Made by a program: the position numbers and the translations under genes. A DNA stretch of 62,766 nt, counting the filler, from Collodictyon triciliatum (lineage: Eukaryota): NCBI GenBank assembly GCA_043381765.1. It is 7 parts of 7 records of this genome, joined end to end, with 100 filler letters (N's around TTAATTAATTAA, not from the genome) between each part and the next. Parts side by side here need not be neighbours in the genome. Positions count along the whole stretch, not along the records: positions 29,542 to 39,714 come from JBHJMP010002768.1; positions 39,815 to 49,988 come from JBHJMP010002769.1; positions 50,089 to 60,256 come from JBHJMP010002770.1; 4 more parts are not named here. One strand, given 5' to 3'. The notes beneath the pieces were generated by a model. It was not told where the DNA came from. It did not search any database and saw nothing but the letters and a program-made list of their open reading frames with translations. Shown one piece after another: positions 37,084 through 53,787 of this stretch (the stretch's first letter is position 1; the number at the start of each line of letters is the position of its first letter).

Positions 37084-37824
37084 TTAGACGTTTGCGCAGG
37101 GCCCGGCCGGGGTGCGGTAGGCCTCCGGGACGCCGAGGAGCCAGTCGCGGGCGTCCCACTGGGCAGCCTCGCCGACAAAGTAGGAGAAGGGCGGCAGGGC
37201 AGCGTAGGGCCAGTCGCGGGGGGCGTCTGGGCAGACGAAGCGGTCGCGGGGGACGGAGCCTGTGATGCGGACGTTTGCGCAGGAGTGGTATGTGGAGAAG
37301 CAGGTGCCGAGGGGCTCCTGGCAGGTGGTGCAGGAGGCATCGTACGTGCAGTTTGTGAGGCCGAGGGCGGGCAGCTTGTCGGTCATGGGGTTGACGAGCT
37401 GCAGGGCGCAGCGGTCGCACTGGACGTCCGGAATCACCACGGTGATGCGCGAGCGCGTGTACGAGGCCTCCACGCCAAAGACGGGCGCGTTGGTGTCGTC
37501 GTGCGGGATGTGGTTGAGCAGCAGGCAGCTCTCGTACGAGTCTGTGCCCTCCAGCGAGAGCGCAATGCGGAACGGCGCCCCCGTGTGCGCAATCGACTCC
37601 TCAAAGACAAGCGTGTTCGGCCCCGGCGCAAGCGTCACGCTCGGCCCGCTGAAGTCTCCCGTCTGCGATCCGCACGGGCCTGTCTTGATCCCCGTGCTGC
37701 TGCTGCGCGGTGCAGGGCACACCCACCGCGAGTGTCCCGCGCACGGCCCTGCCGCGTGCAGCGCAACTGCCACCAGAAGCGCCGTGGCGGCTGCAAGGTA
37801 GGAGCCTCTCTGTCTCTGTAGCAT
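37084..37824 (-). CDS. Secreted, intronless LPMO-like copper histidine-brace protein (SCE4755-family-like), 246 aa
   Basis: Signal peptide ending CAG then His1 (HSRWVCPAPR), KTGPCG, EESIAHTG..RIAL, PDVQCDRCALQL, YHSCANV. Confidence 0.8.
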   Translation of the reverse strand: MLQRQRGSYLAAATALLVAVALHAAGPCAGHSRWVCPAPRSSSTGIKTGPCGSQTGDFSGPSVTLAPGPNTLVFEESIAHTGAPFRIALSLEGTDSYESCLLLNHIPHDDTNAPVFGVEASYTRSRITVVIPDVQCDRCALQLVNPMTDKLPALGLTNCTYDASCTTCQEPLGTCFSTYHSCANVRITGSVPRDRFVCPDAPRDWPYAALPPFSYFVGEAAQWDARDWLLGVPEAYRTPAGPCANV

Positions 37825-38186
37825 GGCTGCCCTCGTGGTTCTGCCTGGTCGGTGCCCTCCCGCGTTAATAAAAACACGCCTTGTTCTTTTATTGCTTTCA
37901 TATTCTGTTTTTTTGTTTTGTTTTGTTTTTTTATGTATTCTATTGGGGAGCTGCATCCCGCTCAAGTTGCCGGCGTAGGCCAGACAGCTCATTGCAGGTT
38001 TGAGGGGTGACTCGCGTATCTTCGTTTTTGTTTGTTTGTTTGTTTGTTTGTTTGTTTGTTTGTTTGTTTGTTTGTTTGTTTGTTTGTTTGTTTGTTTGTT
38101 TTTTTTTTGGTTGGCTGGTTGGTCTGATCAGCAGGTTGCCAAGCGCGGCGTGAAGATGAGCCTCCAAGACCGCGTGGAATGTGTTC

Positions 38187-38608
38187 ATGAGATTGCTAAG
38201 GTTCCTGGCATTAGTACTCTGGTGGTGGGTGTTTCTGCAGTCGGAAGTGGGCACAGATTCCTGGGTTGGAAAGGACGCCCGTTTTGGTTGGGTGCGGCAC
38301 AAAAAGGAAAGATACATCCGTCAGTATATGGTATTACTACTACAGTATTTTTTATGCCGTGGAAATTGAGCTTTTCCGTTTAATCGGAAATTTGTCACCG
38401 TTTGGTACTCCCAGCGCGGATTGCCCTGGCTCTTGGCTATGACGATCCTCTGGGTAAATGTAATTTCATATACATATTGCACATTATAGAATATCACTTA
38501 TATATTTGTGACATCAATTGAGTATATGATTAATTCTCATAATTTCCATGTTTGTCTTACTTTCGGTTATTCAAAGATTTCCCTGCATTTTCTGCGAATT
38601 TTGGTCAG
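38187..38608 (+). CDS. 5' exons of an unidentified, probably secreted protein (continues past LINE/scaffold end)
   Basis: MRLLRFLALVLWWWVFLQSEVG signal-like start; two further small exons splice in frame by GT-AG. Confidence 0.45.
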
Positions 38609-38778
38609 GTAGTATATACGCACATGCCACAAACGCCATCAGCGCGCAAAGCTTTCACAATTTCCGCTCTTCGTTCTATTTTACATGCGCACTGTCGCAT
38701 GGAATCATTTTGAATCAAAAGAAATAATCCTTTCCACCTGTCAAAGCCTGCCAACAAAACCTTATACAATCACGTAGC

Positions 38779-38818
38779 ATGGCATAACCTTGTAGCACTT
38801 TGAATAGAATAAAGGAAA
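38779..38818 (+). mobile_element. Diverged LINE family-B 3' end
   Basis: ATGGCATAACCTTGTAGCACTTTGAATAGAATAAAGGAAA; no clear TSD. Confidence 0.7.
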
Positions 38819-38984
38819 TCATACCCTGCACTGTTACCTCGGGCCGCAACAACGCCACCTAGGACCGCATCGTCGATTCCTTGGGTGGAATGGCGAGATG
38901 GAGACAAACAAAATCGCATCATCGAAGAATCAAACCCCTCATGGTCGATAAATGCTCTCTAGCCACATCAATCTACCACTCAAA

Positions 38985-39714
38985 GGGTGCATCGTCCTGG
39001 AGCAGAATCTCAAACAACCCGGTCGCTACAAAGACAGAGCGGGGTGTATCAAGGCTGCCCACTTGCACCACTGCTCTTCAACTTTGTCGCTGACTGCCTT
39101 GCAAACCACTTCCGAAACGAAAACAAGGTACGCAACCAACTGCTACTTCAATATGCAGACGACACAGCATTCATCTTGCGGTCTCCCGAAGGCGCCACAC
39201 TCGCCAACAAATGCATGCAAGAATACACACGAGCTGTCGGCGGGAAAATCAACTATGACAAGACAGATGGAATTCTTTTTGGGTTTCAGGATGGACTTAT
39301 GTTTCCAGGAAACATTGTGTGGAAGTCACCGTCACATCCACTCAAGTATCTTGGTATCATATTCGGTCCACAATCGGATAGCAAATGGACAAGCCTGGTT
39401 GAGGACATCAAGTCGAAAATATCAGTGTGGAGCAACTTTCATCTCTCGGACGTGGGGAAAGTAAGGTTGTGGAATCAAGTGATGCTGTCGACCCTTATCT
39501 ACAACATGAAAGGCACTTTGCTGAATCCCCAAAGGCTGAAGGAGCTGGAAGACATCTGCCGCAACTTCATCACTACGAATAATCAAAAATATAAAATCAA
39601 GACGCTCTCTAAGCCACCTACGGAGGGAGGACTGGGACTCATAACGCCTGGCATTGCATGGACATCACTCACGATGAGATGGTGGACAGATATGCTTACC
39701 CATCCGAAAGGATT
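38985..39714 (+). mobile_element. L1/Tx1-type LINE reverse transcriptase fragment (cut by scaffold end)
   Basis: GVYQGCPLAPLLF, QYADDT, KINYDKT, KYLGI, PPTEGGLGL. Confidence 0.95.
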
Positions 39715-40020
39715 NNNNNNNNNNNNNNNNNNNNNNNNNNNNNNNNNNNNNNNNNNNNTTAATTAATTAANNNNNNNNNNNNNNNNNNNNNNNNNNNNNN
39801 NNNNNNNNNNNNNNCTTTTCTTTTCTTTTCTTTTCTTTTCTTCTCTTTTCTTCTCTTTTCTTCTCTTTTCTTTTCTTTTCTTTTCTTTTCTTTTCTTTTC
39901 TTTTCTTTTCTTTTCTTTTCTTTTCTTTTCTTTTCTTTTCTTTTCTTTTCTTTTCTTTTCTTTATTCTGGATTTGCACACTATGTTGCGGGTAAGGCTTT
40001 CTTCAAATAAAAATATGTAG

Positions 40021-46141
<6,121 letters not shown>

Positions 46142-46334
46142 TCTGATCGAAACTGAAATGAGTGTCTTGGATTGAGGAAAGAATTCATTTTTTATAAATT
46201 GAGACCAGTGCGCACGATACACAAAGTACCAAAATCATCTCTCAATCTCGATGAAAAGTGTAGAGTCTCGAAATAAAGCAAAAAAATACATCGATTGTCT
46301 TGTTTGAATTTTTATTTTGGGTATTCATTCAAAA

Positions 46335-46810
46335 AACTTGCGCGAAACAGCCGGTGATATTCTTCGACTGACACTCAAGATGACCGCGGCTGTTGGCCCA
46401 ATCCAGGCGATATTTGGGCCTCTGTAACAGCTGCGTCCAGATGCAAAAACATTCTGGGCAGTGACGCGAGGCCATTTGCTGTGGACTGTGTGGATAGCAC
46501 GCATGCACTCACACAAAGCAAGACTCAACAACCAGCCACCCATTCCTGATAACAGGCTGGATGACATCATACAAATCTCTTTTCTCAACAGCTTCCTTCG
46601 CCACCTGCATGTTATCCATTACTCCGACCCCTGTGAAAAGATACATGTGGAAAGAAGCTGAGAAAGGGATTCAACCTCGCCTTCTATCTCTCATGCAAGC
46701 ACAAGACCAGGCTACAGGCCAAACCGCAGGATGCAATTCCTGATTACCAACTACTTCTCCGCCACCCGGCCACCAAGTAGCGTCCATGTAAACGATGGTT
46801 AGCGAGCCAG
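46335..46810 (+). mobile_element. Second 5'-truncated LINE family-A copy
   Basis: Long near-identity with ~1463-1935; in-frame stop and indels. Confidence 0.9.
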
Positions 46811-47137
46811 GGGAATATAAGTCGGTCTTACTCGGTGATAATTTTTTTTAATGAAACTGCGAATTTAATTTGAAATGTGGAAAAATAGTCATCGCAATGC
46901 ATAAGACGTGGAGAGATGATTTATTCGGTTAAAAACTAGTGCAAAATTACTATAATTTCGGACAAACGCGTTTCATGCCCAGCATTTCATTTCTTTTACT
47001 TATATGTCAATTTGCCTCGTGGTAGATATTCCTTAAGAGTAATATTGCAGGGAATGAGATAGGGAGGATGAGCATGTTTATTATTTAATTAAATTCTTTA
47101 ATTTCATAAAAAAAATCAGAAAAACGTGATTGGTGAT

Positions 47138-48942
47138 TCAGATATTTAATGCAGTACCAACACAACAAAGCTCACGAAAGTGTGGACGGCTGACAGGATT
47201 GGCATCCCAACATCGACCCATCATTTTGGCTTTTGTCTCATCAACACCACTGGGTATATCTGGTCGTAGGCCGTCGATCACATTAAATTGCAACAAGAGC
47301 GGGTCTCTTCCTTGGTATGGAGTCTCTCTCGTCTCGATTTCCCACAACAGAACTCCAAAGCTGTACACATCCGCCTTTTCGTCGTATCTTTTCCCTCGCA
47401 AGACCTTTTCAATCGGCACAAGTTAAGTATTGTTCAAATCGGGTTCCATTCCGAATTCGCTTTCGGCGCACACTCATTTCCTTCTCACTGCAATGCAAAT
47501 GTCTACTCAAATACCTCCGGAGCTTGATACGCCATTGTCCCGCATTTTGTCATCGTTCGGTTGCTTTCCTTCATCTTGGCAAATCCAAAGTCGCATATCT
47601 TGCTTTCAAACTTCTCTGTAACCTAGTCACGCAGCCAACCCAAATGAAGCATTAATGATGTACATAAACACTAAACGGTATATCTCGTCTTTGCTGGATT
47701 AAAAATGCTGGCACCACCTATCCAATCAATATAGCTTCCTTATGATATCACTCACCAAAATGTTTGCAGACTTCAAGTCTCTGTGGAGTATCATCGGCTC
47801 AAGTGAGTGAAGATAAGTCATTCCGTTTACGATTCCATCGATGATGCTTTTTCTAGGATAAAACAATTAAAAATTATGAACAAGATATGAACAGTATTGC
47901 CATTCAAATAGTCGCCTTTAAAGCAAAAGCAAAAGCAAAAGCAAAAGCAAAAGCAAAAGCAAAAGCAAAAGCAAAAGCAAAAGCATAGAGTTTAGCAAAC
48001 TCAAAAATCAAATTGAAATTTTTCTCACTTTTCGGTCGCCCCAATCACAATCGCACGGTTTTGCAGAACAGACCGAAGATTGCCAGGCTCAACAAGCTCA
48101 GTGATGATGCCAAGATTTGGTCTTTCAATATTCGCGCCGACAAATGAGACAATATTTCCGTGATTTAGTTTCCTAATAGAAAAAATTATTCAATTCATCA
48201 AATACCTCTACAGATTGATAAGGAATAAGCAACTATCAAAGTTTCACCCAATAGAGAGTTCAAACACCGTCAGAAAAGAGAATCCAAACCTAAGCATGGC
48301 TACTTCGTACAAGAACGATATGTATATCTGGTCAGTCACCGATTTCCCACTCGCAATTTTCTTCACCGCAACTCGTTTTCCCTGCACAAACACATTCACT
48401 CACATGACTAAATATCACATGTAAAGTAAAATAGTCTTCCATTCTTTTCTTTTTTTCTTCACCAATCCAAGTCCTGTGTGCATATGTAAATAAACGTTTC
48501 TGGTGGGAAGTGTACTTTGAACTCCGCCACAAAGACCGCCCCGAACGACCCTGAACCGATGCTCTTGGAGTCCACAACAAGTTCCTCGTAGTCAACCTCC
48601 CAGTCCCTCTTCTCTCTCAGCTTTGGTGATGCAGTCTCAGTCCCTTTCCTGTAGATATCTGCCTTGGGTTGATTATGAAGCCCCCCAAGGGCTGGGAATT
48701 GTAACTTGCTTGAGTCGTTGATGATGTGAAACGATGATGCAGGCGTGTTGAGCTGATGGCTCTCGTTGTCTGATGATACCTGAGACTACACAGATATGAT
48801 TGGGATTTAGGCGGAGAGGAACCGCACACCCTAAAAAACAAATAAACAAACAAATAAATAAATAAATAAACAAACAAGCAAATAAACAAACAAACAAACA
48901 AACAAACAAACAAACAAACAAACAAACAAACAAATAAACAAA

Positions 48943-48981
<39 letters not shown>

Positions 48982-49988
48982 ACAAACAAACAAACAAACA
49001 AACAAATAAAAACAATTAGGGGCAACGAAGTGAAGAACTAAGCAATCAAACAATCAATTTTGGTAAATATAAAAAGAAAAATTATAAACATTCAATCCCA
49101 TGTGCAATATTGCATGCATCACCATTTGGTTCGAAATCATGATGCTGGGCATCTGAGTTTGAATTTGGTGAAAGTAGTCACCACGCTTCGACAGTTTCTT
49201 TGGGATAACCTTGGTTTTAACACCTCGTCATTATATGCAGGAATAGTGCGCGTTCGATTATCACAAAACAGCAATGAAATAAATCAAAGCGAGCAAAAAC
49301 CTCGTGAATGACAACACAATCTTTCCGCTTCGATGATATCTGCCGGATGGTGCTCTCAACCTCAATCACAAGAATACTCTCAATCACTGCCTAATAATCG
49401 CAACAAAAAAGATTAATCCAAATACATATTTAGTAGACTCTCGTTTTTTTTTTAATGCAAAGCAGATAATGCAAAAAGGAATGTGAATGTCAACTTCCAA
49501 TAATCTTTTTTCTGTATTTCTTTTGCGTGTGTATAAATGCCAACCCGATAGACTTCATCGCTCAAGGCAACTTGGCCACCTTGACTTCCTCGGCAGATTT
49601 TCATCGCTTTCGACACGGTCTGTGATAATTGTAAATGATTCGGATTGAAGTGGATTGTTTATGTTTGAATCAAATAAAGTAGAGGTAAAGTGAAGCATAA
49701 ACGTCATGAACATACCATGAAAAATCATAGAAAATGAAATCACTTACCCTCCCTGTATACTGTCGTCGCTTCATTACCTCATCATGAACGAATGTGCAAT
49801 CCCCATAGTCCATTCCCTATTCACAAATATTCCATTCACTACCACACAGCACAAATTGAATAAAAACAGCCTCTTAGTACACAAATCTGTCATCCAGTCA
49901 CACGTTACCATTTGCACACGGAGCCCGCGGAGATGCCCATCCGCAGCCAAACAGCAGCGCTCGTGTTGATGGATTTGGTGAGGCCAAT
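47138..49988 (-). CDS. Class III cyclase-like domain fused to a TKL protein kinase (5' truncated; 3' end approximate)
   Basis: LRGLRVQMGMDYG..YTGRTVSKAMKI..GGQV; then WEVDYEEL, GSGSFGAV, VAVK, HRDLKSAN, DFG, APE, DVYSFG, CWDANPVSRP. Confidence 0.9.
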
Positions 49989-50088
49989 NNNNNNNNNNNN
50001 NNNNNNNNNNNNNNNNNNNNNNNNNNNNNNNNTTAATTAATTAANNNNNNNNNNNNNNNNNNNNNNNNNNNNNNNNNNNNNNNNNNNN

Positions 50089-50119
<31 letters not shown>

Positions 50120-50294
50120 TTTTTTGTTTTTTTGTTTTTTTGTTTTTTTTTGTCGTCCTAAATCAGCCTTGCCTTCTCCCGTAGACTTTGCTCATATTAG
50201 TTCATGCAAACAACATTACTCAATCGCTGTGTTTTTCTCTCCCCTTCCTCTTCTTCCTATATTAATTAATCAGAAGAAACGCCAAGTTGTACAA

Positions 50295-50334
50295 TTTTTT
50301 TTCCTTTATTCGATTCAAAGTGTAGCGAGACACT
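50295..50334 (-). mobile_element. LINE family-B 3' tip upstream of calreticulin
   Basis: Perfect 11-bp TSD AAGTTGTACAA at 50284-50294/50335-50345. Confidence 0.85.
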
Positions 50335-50367
50335 AAGTTGTACAACAATTTCTACAAAGACGGAGCG

Positions 50368-52505
50368 ATGTGCATCCTCATGAGAGTTTCGGTTTGTGCT
50401 CTTTTATTGCTTGCCACAACATCCTCAGCAGACGTTTTTTTCGAGGACGCCTTTACAGATGGAGGTGGAGTCACACATTATGAAAACCAATATACTTATT
50501 CATTTAGCCATAATTCTTTTTTCCTTTCTTTTATCTTTTTTCTTTTTTCTTTCTTTTATTCACGACAGCCTTCGATTACCAAATCATTTATGTTTTCTGA
50601 CTCGTTTATTCTCTCTCAATTCGTTTACTCAGATGGGTGGAAATCCCGATGGATTCAGTCCACTGCAGAGAAAGAAAAGTTTGGTGAGTTTAGGTTGAGT
50701 GCTGGGGAATTCTATGCCAACGAGGAACAGGATAAGGGTACTTGAATAATCTTGATAAACATATTATAAATTAAAAGAGACCGAGAGACTGAGAGACCGA
50801 GAGAGAGAGAAAGGAATGAGGCATTTACTCGCAATACATATTCATTCTTATACGCGAGCTATATTCCGTGGAATCAGATGTACTAATCGAAGACCTGGGT
50901 TAGGTCTCATGCCTGTTGGAAACCACCATCAGTTTGCGATTGCATCGCGATTCACGCCATTCACAAATGAAGGAAAGGAGCTAATTATCCAATATACAGT
51001 CAAGCACCAGCAAAAACTTGACTGTGGTGGAAGGTTTGTACATGATGTGTCCAACTTATACGAATATCAATTTGTTCATTTTATTTATTTATTATCACCT
51101 CCCAATTAATGGGTTGTATATTTTCTTTTCTTTTTATTATTCTTTTTTTTTTTTTTACCCTGATACATCGTTGATATGAGAGTTACGTCATTTTTTATAT
51201 AATTTTTTTTGTACAAAACTTTGCAAATTTGTAAGAAAAACGAGTAATATTCATTTGTGCATAGTTATATCAAGCTGTTCCCGTCAAGCACAGATGTATC
51301 AAAGCTACGCAAAAAGACAAAATTTTCACTCATGTTTGGCCCTGACGTCTGTGGCGAACAAGACCAAAAGATTCACATCATATTCAACTACAAAGGCAAG
51401 GAGGCCAAATGGAAAAAGAAGATGAATTACGATAACGACGAGTACACTCACGTCTATTCCCTTCGGTTATTCCCGAACAACACATACACTGTAAACATCG
51501 ATGGTCGAAACAGAGAACATGGCTCTCTGGAGAAGGACTTTAACTTTACCATTCCACTTACCATTCTAGATCCAAATGCAAAGAAACCTGACGTAAGATA
51601 TGTTTTGACATGCATTCGTACCCTAGACACAACACCTCTTTTTACGCTTTATCTTTTTAGTGGCAATATTTTTCAGCATATCATCCTATATTTTTTTTCC
51701 TTTATTCGATTCAAAGTGTAGCGAGGTTATGCCAGCATATCATCATATATTATTGTTTTTATTTTACAAACCTGTCATTTCCGTATAGGACTGGGATGAT
51801 AGAAAGTATATACCCGACCCGGAAGATAAGAAGCCGGCAAATTGGGACAGCGTCCCTGAGAAAATCCCGAAACCTGACGCCAAAAAGCCTTTTACCTGGG
51901 ACGATGATATTCACGGCACATGGAGAGCACCCATGATTCCGAATCCAAAGTATAAAGGAGAGTGGAAGGTTTATTCTTTACATACTCATTTATCTTTTCA
52001 CAGATACGCAATCAGAATTACAAATACACATTTATAGGCAGCCAAGCTCCCTAATCCAAACTACAGCGGGACATGGGAGCGACCGAGAATCCCTAACCCA
52101 GAGTACCCAGACGAGGCCAAAGACTACTATGTTCTTCGAGACATTGGCGCCATCGGAATAGAGATTTTGCAGGGCCGCGCAGGCTCCGTCTTTGACAACT
52201 TCCTGATTACAGACGAGTGGGCTCTTGCGCAGCGGTTTATCGACAAAGTCTACAAGCCTATGAAAGCCAAGGAGGGAGAAATGCTGGAGTCTATCCGATA
52301 CATGCGCGCTCAGCGAATGCGTGTCGAGGCCTACTTGAGCGGCGAAAGCAGTGAGGATGACTTTGATGAAACAGAGTACGATGATGGTTTTGATGACACC
52401 CTAGATGAGGTCACAGACATCCCCGAGGAAGAGCGCGAGTTTGCCGAGAATCTGGCCAGACAACTGCTTGGAAATCCAGCAAAGCGCAGTCATGACGAGC
52501 TATGA
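50368..52505 (+). CDS. CALR: Calreticulin (divergent), 6 exons
   Basis: Signal peptide, [35 protein letters not shown]-domain KPDDWD/GEWK repeats, FDNFLITD, C-terminal HDEL. Confidence 0.95.
51692..51732 (-). mobile_element. LINE family-B 3' tip in a calreticulin intron
   Basis: 18-bp TSD 51674-51691/51733-51750 (1 mismatch). Confidence 0.87.
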
Positions 52506-53671
52506 TATTTTTTCTTCCTCTTTGAAAAAAGTCTATGGAAGGAAATGCATTCGGTGACATTGCGCCCCGAGACTTTACGCACCATAGCACCCCTGAATAA
52601 ATAATTGAATGGGAAGAGCTGTGTGTGNNNNNNNNNNNNNNNNNNNNNNNNNNNNNNNNNNNNNNNNNNNNNNNNNNNNNNNNNNNNNNNNNNNNNNNNN
52701 NNNNNNNNNNNNNNNNNNNNNNNNNNNNNNNNNNNNNNNNNNNNNNNNNNNNNNNNNNNNNNNNNNNNNNNNNNNNNNNNNNNNNNNNNNNNNNNNNNNN
52801 NNNNNNNNNNNNNNNNNNNNNNNNNNNNNNNNNNNNNNNNNNNNNNNNNNNNNNNNNNNNNNNNNNNNNNNNNNNNNNNNNNNNNGGTGTTCGTGGGTCG
52901 GCTCTGTTCTACCCATTCATACCTTATTTGTTTTCCTAAATCTGGGAATTATATTGAACGACACAATTTCTCTACCTTTTCCAACTGCACGATGCCATTT
53001 ATTTCTTGTTTCTTTTTTAATTGACAGCTTTCATATAGTTAGTGTGTATCTCACTATTCCAAAAAAACCCCTAGTTTCACGAGCAGTACGCATCAGATTC
53101 GCATCTATTGTCGATGCTCCATTTTATATGAATATACTGCTGTCATACCATGCGATACAGCAACGAAGAAAGTTAGGCCAGTAAATGAGTTGCTGCTGAT
53201 ACAAGTAGTTCATCCTTTTAATTTTCCTTTTTTTCTCTTTCTTCTTTTTTTTTTTCTTCTTCTTCCATCGTGCATGGTTGTATTTTTCTTTTCTTCCTAC
53301 ATATCTTCGTATCCCGATTATTGATGACCACGTGCGCTGCTATGAACAGAATAGGTGCGCGATTCTACATGACCTTTTGAGGAATATGTTTACAATACTA
53401 TTTGGCCAAAATGGAGAAAGAAAGAAAGATTGTGTTATTTATGAACGTATGTGTAAAAGTAACATACCCGTGACAGAACCGTTTGTAATGCTTAGTCCGT
53501 TTGTACTATGAAAGGCAAGTACAGATCAGAAAGGGAAGCAGCACATCGAAATCAAGAACAAAAGGAGGGGAGAAGAAAAAAAGAAGAAAGGGTATTAAGG
53601 AAGAAGGAGGCATATCTCCTCTCCTTTTTGAATCTTTTGTGGTTGATAAAGTTACATAACGTATTAGTTTC

Positions 53672-53724
53672 ACCATCCTGCACAAAATTGAAAGGAAGAA
53701 TAAAAATAAAAAAATAAAAAAAAA
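53672..53724 (+). mobile_element. LINE family-A 3' tip
   Basis: ACCATCCTGCACAAAATTGAAAGGAAGAAT plus A-rich tail; 18-bp TSD 53654-53671/53725-53742. Confidence 0.85.
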
Positions 53725-53787
53725 ACATAACGTATTGGTTTCGTCCGTGGTTACATGGACATCTGTTTTGATATGTATATAGAAGTA

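Noticed and set aside
36437-37821. Long overlapping ORFs (431 aa +, 327 aa -)
   Set aside because: GC-rich shadow frames of the LPMO-like gene.
33158-37824. Functional cluster of UMPS with the LPMO-like gene
   Set aside because: Merely convergent neighbours with no pathway link.
47425-47475. GTTCAAATC T-loop-like motif (tRNA?)
   Set aside because: No cloverleaf or A-box; lies in a kinase intron.
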